From positions 1 to 49,164 of the forward strand of contig JAUCBJ010005964.1 of assembly GCA_032718475.1 (NCBI GenBank): DNA of 49,164 nt. The letters are read 5' to 3'. This document shows, piece by piece, positions 13,275 to 26,318 of this stretch (positions within the stretch are counted from its first letter, which is position 1; every line of letters starts with the position of its first letter). Position numbers and translations under genes: made by a program. Origin of the DNA: Nemertoderma westbladi. Lineage: Eukaryota > Animalia > Xenacoelomorpha. The notes below the pieces were generated by a model, which saw only the letters and a list, made by a program, of their open reading frames with translations, had not been told where the DNA came from and ran no database searches.

Positions 13275-13711
13275 TGTATACTGTCCATACTGCAATATTG
13301 ATGGCCATTATATTATGGCATGTACGTACACAGCTGGTAGAGATATGCAGTATTTGTCGAGTATGGGGACATGGCGCAACATCTAGATGTTCTCCCAAAT
13401 GTGCTAATACTAGCTCTGAACAGATTACAAATCTGGTGTATTTTGAAACACACGCGAACTCAAATCCATACACTATGAGAAGATTGGATGCAACGAGTCA
13501 GGGGGACCAGATGGCTATGGGATTCTTTCCTTTACCTAAAAGTTTGTTTCGGCCACCTTCCTTGCCTTTTAGTTATGGTGATTTGATAGAAACCGCTTAT
13601 ATGTATGGGGTAAGGGAGACCATCAATCGTCTACAAACTTATGACCCGTATTTAGAGTCAAACGACCTGCCTCCAAATTATGGCGGAACTTTCCATGTAG
13701 CTTCGATTTAG
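13275..13711 (+). pseudogene. Decayed gag-like or nucleic-acid-binding ORF with two CCHC zinc knuckles
   Basis: CPYCNIDGHYIMAC (CX2CX4HX4C) and, after a frameshift, CSICRVWGHGATSRC. Confidence 0.6.
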
Positions 13712-14392
13712 CAACCAAGTCAAGTAGTAGTCAAGAGCCGAGACAACCAACGCAGCCATGCAGTAGCGCTATCCCTGCATGATCGCTTGAACCAATCACA
13801 GCTCGAGGTTTACCACCACTACGCATCCATGAAGGCTCGACTGGCTGTAGAAGGTAAACTCGTTCAGGAGAAGTTGAGACTGACTCGCGAACAGCTGTCC
13901 GTCTTGGAAACGACCCCCGAACCCACAGAAGTCCAGATCCGATCAGCTGGGCGTTCAGCTGCGATCCAGATATCCAGATCGCCGGATCCAATGCAGAGAG
14001 AGTACAGTGGACTCTCAGACAGTCGATTAATGGTACCCCTACGCTAAGGTTCTTATTACTTCGTGGCTCGCCCTACAATACCTATATACATTGTTTGTTG
14101 TTGTTATTGTATTTACATAATGTATAGAGACTACCTAGTTACGTTGTGTTCCTGTAATAATGTGTACGGTAGAAATACACTAACTTACATAGATTGGATG
14201 CACGATCGAAGGGGTTGCTGAAATAAATAGCGTAACAATAAAAAAAAAGCGAAATAAATGTTTTACATATGAAATTATATTTAACTCCCTAAAAATTCTC
14301 GAAATCAACCGAAATCTCATAAAGCAATAAACTTTATACCAACAACAAACTTTACTAGTAGCTTTGTTATCCAATCCATCAATTAACTGAAC

Positions 14393-15486
14393 ATGGCTCA
14401 TCATGGAATATATAGCGATACAGAAATTAGCATGGAGGAAATTCCAGCAGGATCACCGGAAGGTGTCTATGACGTCATATCGGATAACGCGATTCCACAA
14501 CATACGTCACAGAATGTTATAGGACGCAATAACGCCGTTACTGAGAGACGAGTTGTTTCAGTTAGGAGATGGTGGGTCGGGGTTGTTGGAGGGATCTTGG
14601 TAGTGTTGTTAGTAACAGCGGCACTATCAACATTGTTTGTTATGATGTCTAACAAGAACAATAAAGAATTAAAAGACCAGATTACAATTCAAAATAATCA
14701 TGTCATGGAAAGTATTGGGGATCTAAAGGAAAGAAATAACGAGTTAGGGGAAAGTATTGGGGATCTAAAGGAAAGAAATAACGAGTTAGAGGAAAGTATT
14801 GGGGATCTAACGGAAAGAAATAACGACCTGGAGGACAAGTTGTCGCAGTTTCACCCTGAATTTATTTGTTTAAATACTCAAGTACACACCACCGATTTCG
14901 TCAATCATACGAATGGACTAAATGGTGTCATTAGATGCGACAACTCAGTCCCTGGAGGTCCGTTCCGTGGATAGTAATACAGAGGCGGGTAGAAGGATCA
15001 ATAGATTTCTATCGTGGATGGAGCCAGTATACTATGGGATTTGGTCTTGTGGAGAGCGAGTTTTTTCTAGGTTTGGATAACATCCACAACCTTACCAAAG
15101 CCGGAGTGAAACTGAGGATCGATCTTTGGTCCCGAGGAGAACACAAGTACGCCGAGTATAATAACTTTAGTATCGGTGATTCTAATAGTAATTACACGCT
15201 ACAGATATCCGGATACAGCGGTACAGCTGGTGATTCGATACTTTACGGGAGTCCCGGTGGGCCATGGTACGTCAATGGACAACCGTTCTCAACCTATGAT
15301 CGCAACAACGATGCTTATTCCGGTAACTGCGCCGCCGAAGGGGCTTGGTGGTATCGGGTGTGCAGCCACTCTCATCTAAACGGCGTCTACGGTAGGGCGG
15401 GTACGGTGGGACCTTATTGGTACACATTCACTGACCCTGAGAGATTCGTACCGATGGAGAAAATATAAATGAAGATCAGAGTTTAG
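14393..15486 (+). pseudogene. Intronless type II transmembrane fibrinogen-related (FReD) protein with FIBCD1-like architecture; frameshift and late stop
   Basis: Cytoplasmic N-terminus, TM WWVGVVGGILVVLLVTAALSTLFVMM, heptad repeats, then WIVIQRR..GSIDFYRGW..Y..GFG..EFFLGLDNIH..YSGTAGDS..FSTYDRNND..NCA..GAWWY..CSHSHLNG; TCCGT duplication at 14959-14968 shifts the frame; ends EKI*MKIRV*. Confidence 0.9.
14708..14826 (+). repeat. Three 42-bp in-frame repeats encoding a coiled coil (ESIGDLKERNNEL)
   Basis: gaaagtattggggatctaa(a/c)ggaaagaaataacga present three times. Confidence 0.95.
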
Positions 15487-17354
15487 CGAATCTACTATTG
15501 TTAACTATTAACTATATTATTATTATTATTAAGTTTTAATTCGCCATATAGATCGCATAGATTATATATAGAGACCCACAATACTTAGTACAATATTTAA
15601 GAAATGTATATTAATTATAATTACGCAGTAACGTATTCATATTATATATATATAATATATATAGTAAAGTAAATCATGAACTGACAAAAGCGAGAGCATT
15701 TGCCGTATCCTAGACGACAGGCAAAAATAATTTATTGCACAAACGATATAATTATCATAGTAGGAACCGAAGGTTCCTTTCTGTAATAAGAATGCCAAAT
15801 ACTCCATTTAATCTAGCAAAACAAAGAAAAGTAATTCGCAATTAATACAAACCATGTTTTATTGATACAATAAATTCTACTTTATTTATTACATTTCTTA
15901 TTTTTTCACGAAAATTCTACAGAAATTGTCACTTTGCTGACTTTACTGTGCCCAACGAAAGTTATAGTAACTGTAAGTCGCATACATTATAGTAATTACA
16001 ATTTGCTAGTTAACGGAGAATCAAAAAAACAATTTGGTTTAGATAAATTGCGAATTAGTTTTGGGTAGATTTATTGGTGTATACTATGATATCATGGCAT
16101 TTTACTAAGTAGATATATTATACCGGTACTGTTTGATAAATAATAATAAATCACTCAATGATTTATTTATCAGTGATATTATTGTCTTATAGTACCCGCA
16201 CTAAGTTATTGTTTTGATATGTTTATTACTAACTAATTTTGCTACGATTTCTGCCAAGCAAGTTTTCGCAATAAGGTCTATTCTAGAACCGCCATCATTA
16301 CACCATCACTCTTAATATAATTAAATGTCTTCTAAAAATCATAAACTTCTCTGTCCTGGAAAGTCTATGGTGATAATGTTGAAAATTTCCGCATTAAACT
16401 TTTGCGGAATTTCGCGGAAAAAAATTCGTAGATGAAAATTAGCATTTATCGCATGCCGCACAACATGCAGCACCCGAAACTCTTTTATTTGTATTAAAAA
16501 ATATTTGTAAATAAATTGAGTTACTATATTCAGGGTTATGGTGTATAGAATATGTTGTGTAAACTCGTTCTGTTGCAGCCAATATTAAACCTAGGGTACG
16601 CGATTTATTAATGTTACTGTAAGACAAATAGGCTATCTGTATTATAGACCTAGTTTTAGATCATTGATATTTTACAAGTAAAAAATAACAGATTAAAAAC
16701 AGAAGAATAAAAACAGCCACTTATTTATTCATCTGTAGCTAATTATTGTAAAAAAACCTAATGAAATTATTTGTCATTTTGGTTGCTTTTTTTGTAGAAT
16801 TCATGTAAATGGTATTTCTATTGGAGGGTCCCGTTCTCAGACATTACGGTGGACAACTGTAGGACAACAACATCCATAACAAAATATCAGTTTCAATCAA
16901 GTTTAGTTTTTATATTAAAGTGCAAAAATTGCTAGAAAACCATTGAATTCAAAATAAATTGATAGTAAAAATATTATTAGATAGTAAAAATATTATTAGA
17001 TTTGTTTTAGATTTATCAGTAAATAAAGGTTTTGCGCTGTAAATTATTTATTTTATCTGGATAATGTTTCGTTCCCAAACAACATACGGCAGTGGAACCG
17101 CAATGTCTGCGACTGAATTGTCTGTCACTGTATTGTCTGAGATCAAATGGTCCAAATAGTAATTTTACTTTTTTTCACTTTGTTGTATATAAAAGTAGTA
17201 ACATTTGTGGCGTAAATTGCATAACATGTATCTGTTTTACCATGAAAAGATTTTTTATGGAATAACTTAACTCATTTTCCATTTAATTTATCAAGTTTAC
17301 TTGTTAAACCATTGATGAATCTATTTATTGGTGTCAGTCCATGTATTTTTTATG

Positions 17355-18104
17355 AAAATACATACATAGGCCCCACACCTAATATACAAACACATTTAGT
17401 GTAGTACCGGTACCATATTATTATACATACTGTATGTATTAAACTTGTATCCATTCTTATTAAAATACATACATAGGCCCCTCACCTAATATACAAACAC
17501 ATTTAGTGTAGTACCGGTACCATATTATTATACATACTGTATGTATTAAACTTGTATCCATTCTTATTAAAATACATACATAGGCCCCTCACCTAATATA
17601 CAAACACATTTAGTGTAGTACCGGTACCATATTATTATACATACTGTATGTATTAAACTTGTATCCATTCTTATTAAAATACATACATAGGCCCCTCACC
17701 TAATATACAAACACATTTAGTGTAGTACCGGTACCATATTATTATACATACTGTATGTATTAAACTTGTATCCATTCTTATTAAAATACATACATAGGCC
17801 CCTCACCTAATATACAAACACATTTAGTGTAGTACCGGTACCATATTATTATACATACTGTATGTATTAAACTTGTATCCATTCTTATTAAAATACATAC
17901 ATAGGCCCCTACACCTAATATACAAACACATTTAGTGTAGTACCGGTACCATATTATTATACATACTGTATGTATTAAACTTGTATCCATTCTTATTAAA
18001 ATACATACATAGGCCCCTCACCTAATATACAAACACATTTAGTGTAGTACCGGTACCATATTATTATACATACTGTATGTATTAAACTTGTATCCATTCT
18101 TATT
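17355..18104. repeat. 107-bp tandem repeat, 7 copies
   Basis: Unit aaaatacatacataggcccctcacctaat...gtatccattcttatt. Confidence 0.97.
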
Positions 18105-18440
18105 TTCCATTTTATATTACTAGTGTATATTAAAATATTATTGGATCGATGTTCTAACAAATTACTTTAATAATAAGAATGTTATAACAAACAAATCTAC
18201 TCTCTCTAACCGGTGAGGCAGAAAAACAGCCTACGAACAGACAAAACTCATCAGAAAAACAATCCCGCGCAGCAAATCCTAAACTAATAACGCTGATGGT
18301 CCGACTATATCCGTAAACTTGCCGCGGTGTGATTTATATGGGGGTGGGTTTGCTAGCTAAATACTAGCGAGCTATTCAGCAGACCAAAATTCACAGTCGT
18401 ATATATAATAGAAAAGAAACAAAACAAGGTTCTAGAACAC

Positions 18441-18549
18441 GAGTGTGTGTGTGTGTGTGTGTGGGGGGGGGGGGGGTGTATGTGTGTGTAGGGGTGTGTG
18501 TGTGTGTGTGTGTGTGTGGGGGTGGGGGTGTGTGTGTGTGTGGGGTGTG

Positions 18550-18584
<35 letters not shown>

Positions 18585-18594
18585 GCGTGTAGGG

Positions 18595-18625
<31 letters not shown>

Positions 18626-18638
18626 GTGTGTGGTGTGT
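18441..18638. repeat. Compound (TG)n/poly-G microsatellite (candidate empty target site)
   Basis: Directly visible; preceded by aacacg, as are the other two tracts. Confidence 0.95.
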
Positions 18639-18855
18639 CAATTTAAATCGAACAAAAAGGCAGAACATAAACAGTAAACAGTAAAAAATATACACCTTTT
18701 TATTTGGGGTTGGTGGCCGGTAGGGCGAAAAATCGAATGCTAGACTGCTAAAATAAGTCTGATCACCCCTCTGTACATACTGTAGGTCTAATACTCACAA
18801 ATGTTGAATTTATATTGAATTATTTATTATTTTTATTATTATTTTAATAAATTTC

Positions 18856-19661
18856 AATCCATGGAACGGTGTCAAACAGGTGTCCCTTCTGTCTCCGTGG
18901 CTTTTAACTATTACATAAAGGAGGCACTAGAGAAGCTAAAGGAAGCTGGATTTGGTTGCAGTATCAGGGATACTTGGTTAGGAGTAATCAACTATGCGGA
19001 TGATTTACTGCTACTAGCGACAAGTGGCGATGAAATAGAGCACATGATGAATATTCTGTAGCAGGAACGTTCTAAGTTGGGACTGGCCGTGAGTGCAGCG
19101 TAGACTGCCTGGACAGCGATTGGGTCAGTAAGAATGAAGTTGGTGTCCTTTCCTCATACATTGAAAATCCTTGGAACAGATGTCCGGATGTCTGAGAATC
19201 TATCCTTCCTCTGATACAAGTTGTATCATAAGAGGTTACACGCTCTTGATGAGTGTACTCGCAAGATATCGGCTATTGATGGGATCTTTCATCAGAGGGG
19301 TTGGACCAGGGAACACACTGTAGAAACTTTAAGTTGGCTATGGAACATGGTTGACCTGCCTTGGATTCTTTATGGGATGGAGTTCTACTTGGGTGGATTC
19401 CGTCAGGTTGCCCTGATCTCACTTGATGGTCACTGCAGAAGAGTCATGCGAGGTCTTCTTTACTGCAACAACTATGTGTCATCAGCTGTGCTGCGTCTGT
19501 TGTTTGGGTCACAGTCAATTAGCGAATCAACGTTCACCCGATGCCTTGGACTGATCTCGAGAATTAAATTATGTCCTAAATCAGTGGTGCAGTGGGGCCT
19601 CCGCTATCTCCTTGCAACCAACCAATTAAGAATGCCATTAAGGACACCATCAAGGATGTAA
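18856..19661 (+). pseudogene. Degraded non-LTR retrotransposon reverse transcriptase
   Basis: NGVKQ(G) frameshifted, FNYYI, GFGCSI..LGVINYADDLLLLA, later P.ILYGME; several stops. Confidence 0.8.
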
Positions 19662-22273
19662 ATTGGTGCTACAGAAATATATTTGGTGCTAAATAAGTTA
19701 TCTTGGTGTCAAATCATCTATTAGTGTCGTAATTAATATACTAGACTACCATTTTGCAAATTTATACATATTCTATAATAGAAGTTAATGAGGTCCCAGG
19801 AGGGAATCTAAGTCGCAATAGAGTTAAAATTACTAAGACGAGTTGGTAGAATGTTGAAACCGTAATAAAAGGGTATATCTTTTGCGTAGAGGTATAGCCT
19901 ACATAGAGGCTTCATGTAGGTATGTGTAGCCTACATGTAGATGCACGTGTAGGGTGAATGTAGGTAGGTGTAGTCCCATAGATATTAATGTAATTTATGT
20001 GTCAACTTGCAGTAACGTGATACACGGTCGTCAATCAGGATGTATGGCAATAATCTCTGATCTCCACGGTACAATACGGTACATCAACATGCAGACCTGT
20101 CTGCTGTCAGACAACAGGTTTTACTGCATACTGCAGTACTGTATAAATATCAATAAAGTCCCTTACTCGTCATAAATATTATGCCCTAATAAATTTGAGT
20201 ATGCTAACGCCACGAAAGGCATCGTTCCATTAGATTAACTCGTTCTGATTTATATGTTTATTGAGTAAGAGTAACCTAAACAAGAACAGCCATCATCGCG
20301 GGGACTATAGTCTACCAGAAACCCTGACCCCCCTCTGCCCCTCTTTATCTGTTTATCAACCATACATCCATGGGACTTGAACAGTACTTCAGCATTGAAA
20401 TGTTTTGGACGTTTTGTTTTGAAAGTAAAAATATAGAAGTCTGGAAGTTTTGTTTGTTTTAAACATTCCACCAACCAGCAACAGTCCCATCCCTTCCCAC
20501 TATCCCGCGGACCACCACACTGTTTCATTATAAAGTATTCCCATCTCGATGATAGGAATTAATCAGTAATCCGATGGGATTCAAATCCCATCTCGAAGTA
20601 ACAGCAAAACAATAACACGAAAGTCAATAGCTTTACAGTTATATTTGATTGCATTGAAAGTTAATAGAAAGAAGAAGTTAAATTGCATATCCATTAAAAT
20701 ATCATGAAATTGATACGGCAGTTTAGTAGATTAAAACGGCCACAGCAAGATTTATAAAATGAAAAATAAGTAAAATCAGCACAGCACACAATATTATCAA
20801 TATAGACATTGAAGACAATTTAATAAACAAATACTATAAAAAAATATCTACTAACAATCAATACATGATATATATAATATATATAATATATATACTCAAA
20901 TGATGAATATTTGTGTTGGACAAGTTTTGGTGGCATCAGGACCATCATTTCATGCACCAGAGACCCATATAAACATGGAATGTAGTGATGATGATGATGA
21001 AATGAAAAGCGGTAATGTAAATTTGCAATTTAAAGATAATTTTCAATATGTTTGGGTTTGCCAAGGTCTCAAACTCAAAAACTTATTTCTTGACTTTGAG
21101 ACCTTGACAAACACAACCACATTGATGAATTTATGTCATTGAGGCCTTTACTAAAGAGCTGGAAATTCTGTACAAGGTTCCAAAATTACATACCTATACC
21201 TTCAGTAGTTTTTGAGAAATATGTACATGAATGAAACTGGCACGTGATAAATGCAAGCAGCAGAAAATGACCTTTACGGTAAGGGGAGCAGTACAGTGGG
21301 GGAGTACAGAGAAGTACAGGGGAGGACATACAGTGCGAGATCCCATGTAAAATACCATTCGTATCATTGTTTACTTAGGTGCATTTTTCGAGAAATGTGT
21401 TCATTGGATTTGCTTCAAATTTGGAACATGGAGCAATATGAATTTAGATAACCCAAAAACGACCTATCACGCACTGAAAATTTGGCTCAAGCATGAGTTC
21501 CAATGATGACAGGTCACTAAAGTGCAGATTTTAAGGAGAATATTACCAGGAATGCACTCAGAAAGTTTCAATGGATTATATTCACCCAATCCTGAGAAAA
21601 GTGCACCCAAACGTTGGAAAATAATGTTTCGCATAAAATTAATATAAAGAGTAATATATCGAGAAATGTATAGAAATCATAGATGTCACTAAAGCTCTTA
21701 CAACTAATCAGTAATACCATCTAAAACATTCCTTCTCCATATTCAATTTCATTCCTCCATATTCAGTCAGCCAGCCAGCCAGCCATGAGCGATTCTTATA
21801 GTAAGTCTGTCAGTTCCTAAGTAGTGATGGGCCTAGGGGCCCAATAAGGAACCGACCTTTTATTATATAAAAATGTCTTCAACCGGCATTATTAGACTGG
21901 GTATGGAAAAATCTTGCAATAAAAAGTTTTACTATATGCAAGGGGTGAAGTAAAGTACTTTTTAAAGTGTGGAAATAATATAGATTTGTCTCTTTCCCAA
22001 CAAAATTCTTATGAAGCAAAAATTAGACTTTTTTTAGGGGTGGGTGTGTTCGGACAACTTTTGCCTCAACCTCATAACTTTTGACAGAATGACATTCATT
22101 GAATATAACTTACATATTCGGAATCTGCATTAAATTGTAGTTTACAATCAATAAAAAATAAAAAAATTGATTTTTACATTTATGATTTATTTATTTGTTG
22201 AGCCACCTTAATAAAAATGTTAATTCTACTTATTATTGATTATATAGTCGGTTTTACAGTAAGGCATACTTTT

Positions 22274-22495
22274 AGTATTTTAATTCATTAATATTTTTTA
22301 ATCGAAAATGTGGCAAATATTATCAAAAAAAAATTATTGTAATAATAAGAATTTTTTTTGGCAGTAATAATAATTTTATCGCAATAATACTATTAATATT
22401 ATCGCATCAATATTAATTTTATCGCGAAAAAGTTATATTTTTTGTGATAATATTAGCCACTTTTTCGATCAAAAAAACTATTGAATGTTAATACT
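22274..22495. mobile_element. AT-rich MITE-like element with ~60-bp imperfect terminal inverted repeats
   Basis: agtatt..attca.ta..ttttt.atcgaaaa.gtggc.aatattatca.aaaaa mirrored by ttttt.tgataatatt.gccac.ttttcgat.aaaaa..ta.tgaat..aatact. Confidence 0.6.
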
Positions 22496-22696
22496 GCCGC
22501 TCTATTACAGCAGTTAGAATGTGTTGATTTATTTAATCAGTGTCGCCTCGTATAATTACAATTTAATTAATTGTTTCATAAATTTTAATATTATCACTAT
22601 TAATTTTAGAATTTCGATACAAATTATAATAATATTTATAACATTAAGAGCTTCTATCCTCAGAGGAATGGAAAATATTTCAGAGAAAATTATATA

Positions 22697-23426
22697 ATGG
22701 CGACGTGGCGGCACTAGGGTAGAGGAGTGGGACACCTTTATCTGGTGCATGGCGACGTGGCGGCACTAGGGTAGAGGAGTGGGACACCTTTATCTGGTGC
22801 ATGGCGACGTGGCGGCACTAGGGTAGAGGAGTGGGACACCTTTATCTGGTGCATGGCGACGTGGCGGCACTAGGGTAGAGGAGTGGGACACCTTTATCTG
22901 GTGCATGGCGACGTGGCGGCACTAGGGTAGAGGAGTGGGACACCTTTATCTGGTGCATGGCGACGTGGCGGCACTAGGGTAGAGGAGTGGGACACCTTTA
23001 TCTGGTGCATGGCGACGTGGCGGCACTAGGGTAGAGGAGTGGGACACCTTTATCTGGTGCATGGCGACGTGGCGGCACTAGGGTAGAGGAGTGGGACACC
23101 TTTATCTGGTGCATGGCGACGTGGCGGCGCTAGGGTAGAGGAGTGGGACACCTTTATCTGGTGCATGGCGACGTGGCGGCACTAGGGTAGAGGAGTGGGA
23201 CACCTTTATCTGGTGCATGGCGACGTGGCGGCACTAGGGTAGAGGAGTGGGACACCTTTATCTGGTGCATGGCGACGTGGCGGCACTAGGGTAGAGGAGT
23301 GGGACACCTTTATCTGGTGCATGGCGACGTGGCGGCACTAGGGTAGAGGAGTGGGACACCTTTATCTGGTGCATGGCGACGTGGCGGCACTAGGGTAGAG
23401 GAGTGGGACACCTTTATCTGGTGCAT
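22697..23426. repeat. GC-rich 52-bp tandem repeat, 14 copies
   Basis: Unit atggcgacgtggcggcactagggtagaggagtgggacacctttatctggtgc; only one substitution seen (near 23129). Confidence 0.98.
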
Positions 23427-23554
23427 TTATGGGAGATTATTAATATTACTATTATTATTATTTAAGTATTATTCTAATGTAATTTATATCCGATGTTTTG
23501 TGCTTATAATAATAATTTTGCATTGTTTATAGCGGTTTGATGCAATATGGTGAA

Positions 23555-26304
23555 GCCAAATACTCCATTTAATCTAGCAAAACAAAGAAAAGTAATTCGC
23601 AATTAATACAAACCGAGTTTTATTGATACAATAAATTCTACTTTATTTATTACATTCCTTATTTTTTCACGAAAATTCTACAGAAATTGTCACTTTGCTG
23701 ACTTTACTGTGCCCAACGAAAGTTATAGTAACTGTAAGTCGCATACATTATAGTAATTACAATTTGCTAGTTAACGGAGAATCAAAAAAACAATTTGGTT
23801 TAGATAAATTGCCAATTAGTTTTGGGTAGATTTATTGGTGTATACTATGATATCATGGCATTTTACTAAGTAGATATATTATACCGGTACTGTTTGATAA
23901 ATAATAATAAATCACTCAATGATTTATTTATCAGTAATATTATTGTCTTATAGTACCCGCACTAAGTTATTGTTTTGATATGTTTATTACTAACTAATTT
24001 TGCTACGATTTCTGCCAAGCAGGTTTTCGCAATAAGGTCTATTCTAGAACCGCCATCATTACACCATCATCCTTAATATAATTAAATGTCTTCTAAAAAT
24101 CATGAACTTCTCTGTCATGGAAAGTCTATGGTGATAATGTTGAAAATTTCCGCATTAAACTTTCGCGGAAAAAAATTCGTAGATGAAAATTAGCATTTAT
24201 CGCATGCCGCACAACATGCAGCACCCGAAACTCTTTTTTTTGTATTAAAAAATATTTGTAAATAAATTGAGTTACTATATTCAGGGTTATGGTGTATAGA
24301 ATATGTTGTGTAAACTCGTTCTGTTGCAGCCAATATTAAACCTAGGGTACGCGATTTATTAATGTTACTGTAAGACAAATAGGCTATTTGTATTATAGAC
24401 CTAGTTTTAGATCATTGATATTTTACAAGTAAAAAATAACAGATTAAAAACAGAAGAATAAAAACAGCAACTTATTTATTGATCTGTAGCTAATTATTGT
24501 AAAAAAACCGCATGAAATTATTTGTCATTTTGGTTGCTTTTTTTGTAGAATTCATGTAAATGGTCTTTCTATTGGAGGGTCCCGTTCTCAGACATTACGG
24601 TGGACAACTGTAGGACAACAACACCCATAACAAAATATCAGTTTCAATCAAGTTTAGTTTTTATATTAAAGTGCAAAAATTGCTAGAAAACCATTGAATT
24701 AAAAAATAAATTGATAGTAAAAATAGTATTAGATAGTAAAAATATTATTAGATTTGTTTTAGATTTATCAGTAAATAAAGGTTTTGCGCTGTAAATTATT
24801 TATTTTATCTGGATAATGTTTCGTTCCCAAACAACATACGGCAGTGGAACCGCAATGTCTGCGACTGAATTGTCTGTCACTGTATTGTCTGAGATCAAAT
24901 GGTCCAAATAGTAATTTTACTTTTTTTCACTTTGTTGTATATAAAAGTAGTACAATTTGTGGCGTAAATTGTATAACATGTATCTGTTTTACCATGAAAA
25001 GATTTATTGATGGACTAACTTAACTCATTTTCCATTTAATTTATCAAGTTTCCTTGTTAAACCATTGATGAATCTATTTATTGGTGTCAGTCCATGTATT
25101 TTTTATGAAAATACATACATAGGCCCCACACCTAATATACAAACACATTTAGTGTAGTACCGGTACCATATTATTATACATACTGTATGTATTAAACTTG
25201 TATCCATTCTTATTAAAATACATACATAGGCCCCTCACCTAATATACAAACACATTTAGTGTAGTACCGGTACCATATTATTATACATACTGTATGTATT
25301 AAACTTGTATCCATTCTTATTAAAATACATACATAGGCCCCTCACCTAATATACAAACACATTTAGTGTAGTACCGGTACCATATTATTATACATACTGT
25401 ATGTATTAAACTTGTATCCATTCTTATTAAAATACATACATAGGCCCCTCACCTAATATACAAACACATTTAGTGTAGTACCGGTACCATATTATTATAC
25501 ATACTGTATGTATTAAACTTGTATCCATTCTTATTAAAATACATACATAGGCCCCTCACCTAATATACAAACACATTTAGTGTAGTACCGGTACCATATT
25601 ATTATACATACTGTATGTATTAAACTTGTATCCATTCTTATTAAAATACATACATAGGCCCCTACACCTAATATACAAACACATTTAGTGTAGTACCGGT
25701 ACCATATTATTATACATACTGTATGTATTAAACTTGTATCCATTCTTATTAAAATACATACATAGGCCCCTCACCTAATATACAAACACATTTAGTGTAG
25801 TACCGGTACCATATTATTATACATACTGTATGTATTAAACTTGTATCCATTCTTATTTTCCATTTTATATTACTAGTGTATATTAAAATATTATTGGATC
25901 GATGTTCTAACAAATTACTTTAATAATAAGAATGTTATAACAAACAAATCTACTCTCTCTAACCGGTGAGGCAGAAAAACAGCCTACGAACAGACAAAAC
26001 TCACCAGAAAAACAATCCCGCGCAGCAAATCCTAAACTAATAACGCTGATGGTCCGACTATATCCGTAAACTTGCCGCGGTGTGATTTATATGGGGGTGG
26101 GTTTGCTAGCTAAATACTAGCGAGCTATTCAGCAGACCAAAATTCACAGTCGTATATATAATAGAAAAGAAACAAAACAAGGTTCTAGAACACGTGTGTG
26201 TGTGTGTGTGTGTGTGGGGGGGGGGGGGGGTGTATGTGTGTGTAGGGGTGTGGGGGTGTGTGTGTGTGTGTGGGGGTGGGGGTGTGTGTGTGTGTGGGGT
26301 GTGT
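23555..26304. repeat. 2.8-kb duplicated segment, copy S2, joined through its (TG)n tract to the YR element
   Basis: Near-identical to 15794-18638; (TG)n tract at 26194-26304. Confidence 0.96.
25108..25857. repeat. 107-bp tandem repeat, 7 copies (paralogue of 17355-18104)
   Basis: Same unit and same variant copies (1st and 6th) as the first array. Confidence 0.97.
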
Positions 26305-26318
26305 TCTGCCGGATGGTG

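Larger units (their letters stand above)
15794..18638. repeat. 2.8-kb duplicated segment, copy S1
   Basis: Near-identical to 23555-26304 from gccaaatactccatt to the (TG)n tract. Confidence 0.96.

Noticed and set aside
17781-17990. 69-aa ORF present twice (also 25534-25743) and 62-aa ORF at 16439/24190
   Set aside because: Products of the tandem repeat and segmental duplication; non-ATG or incidental starts and no motifs
18432-18695. His/Thr- and Cys/Val-rich ORFs (also 26106-26496, 39477-39768)
   Set aside because: Translations of (TG)n/(CA)n microsatellites
19954-21451. Short ORFs of 66-92 aa
   Set aside because: No recognisable motifs; consistent with chance ORFs in repeat-derived DNA
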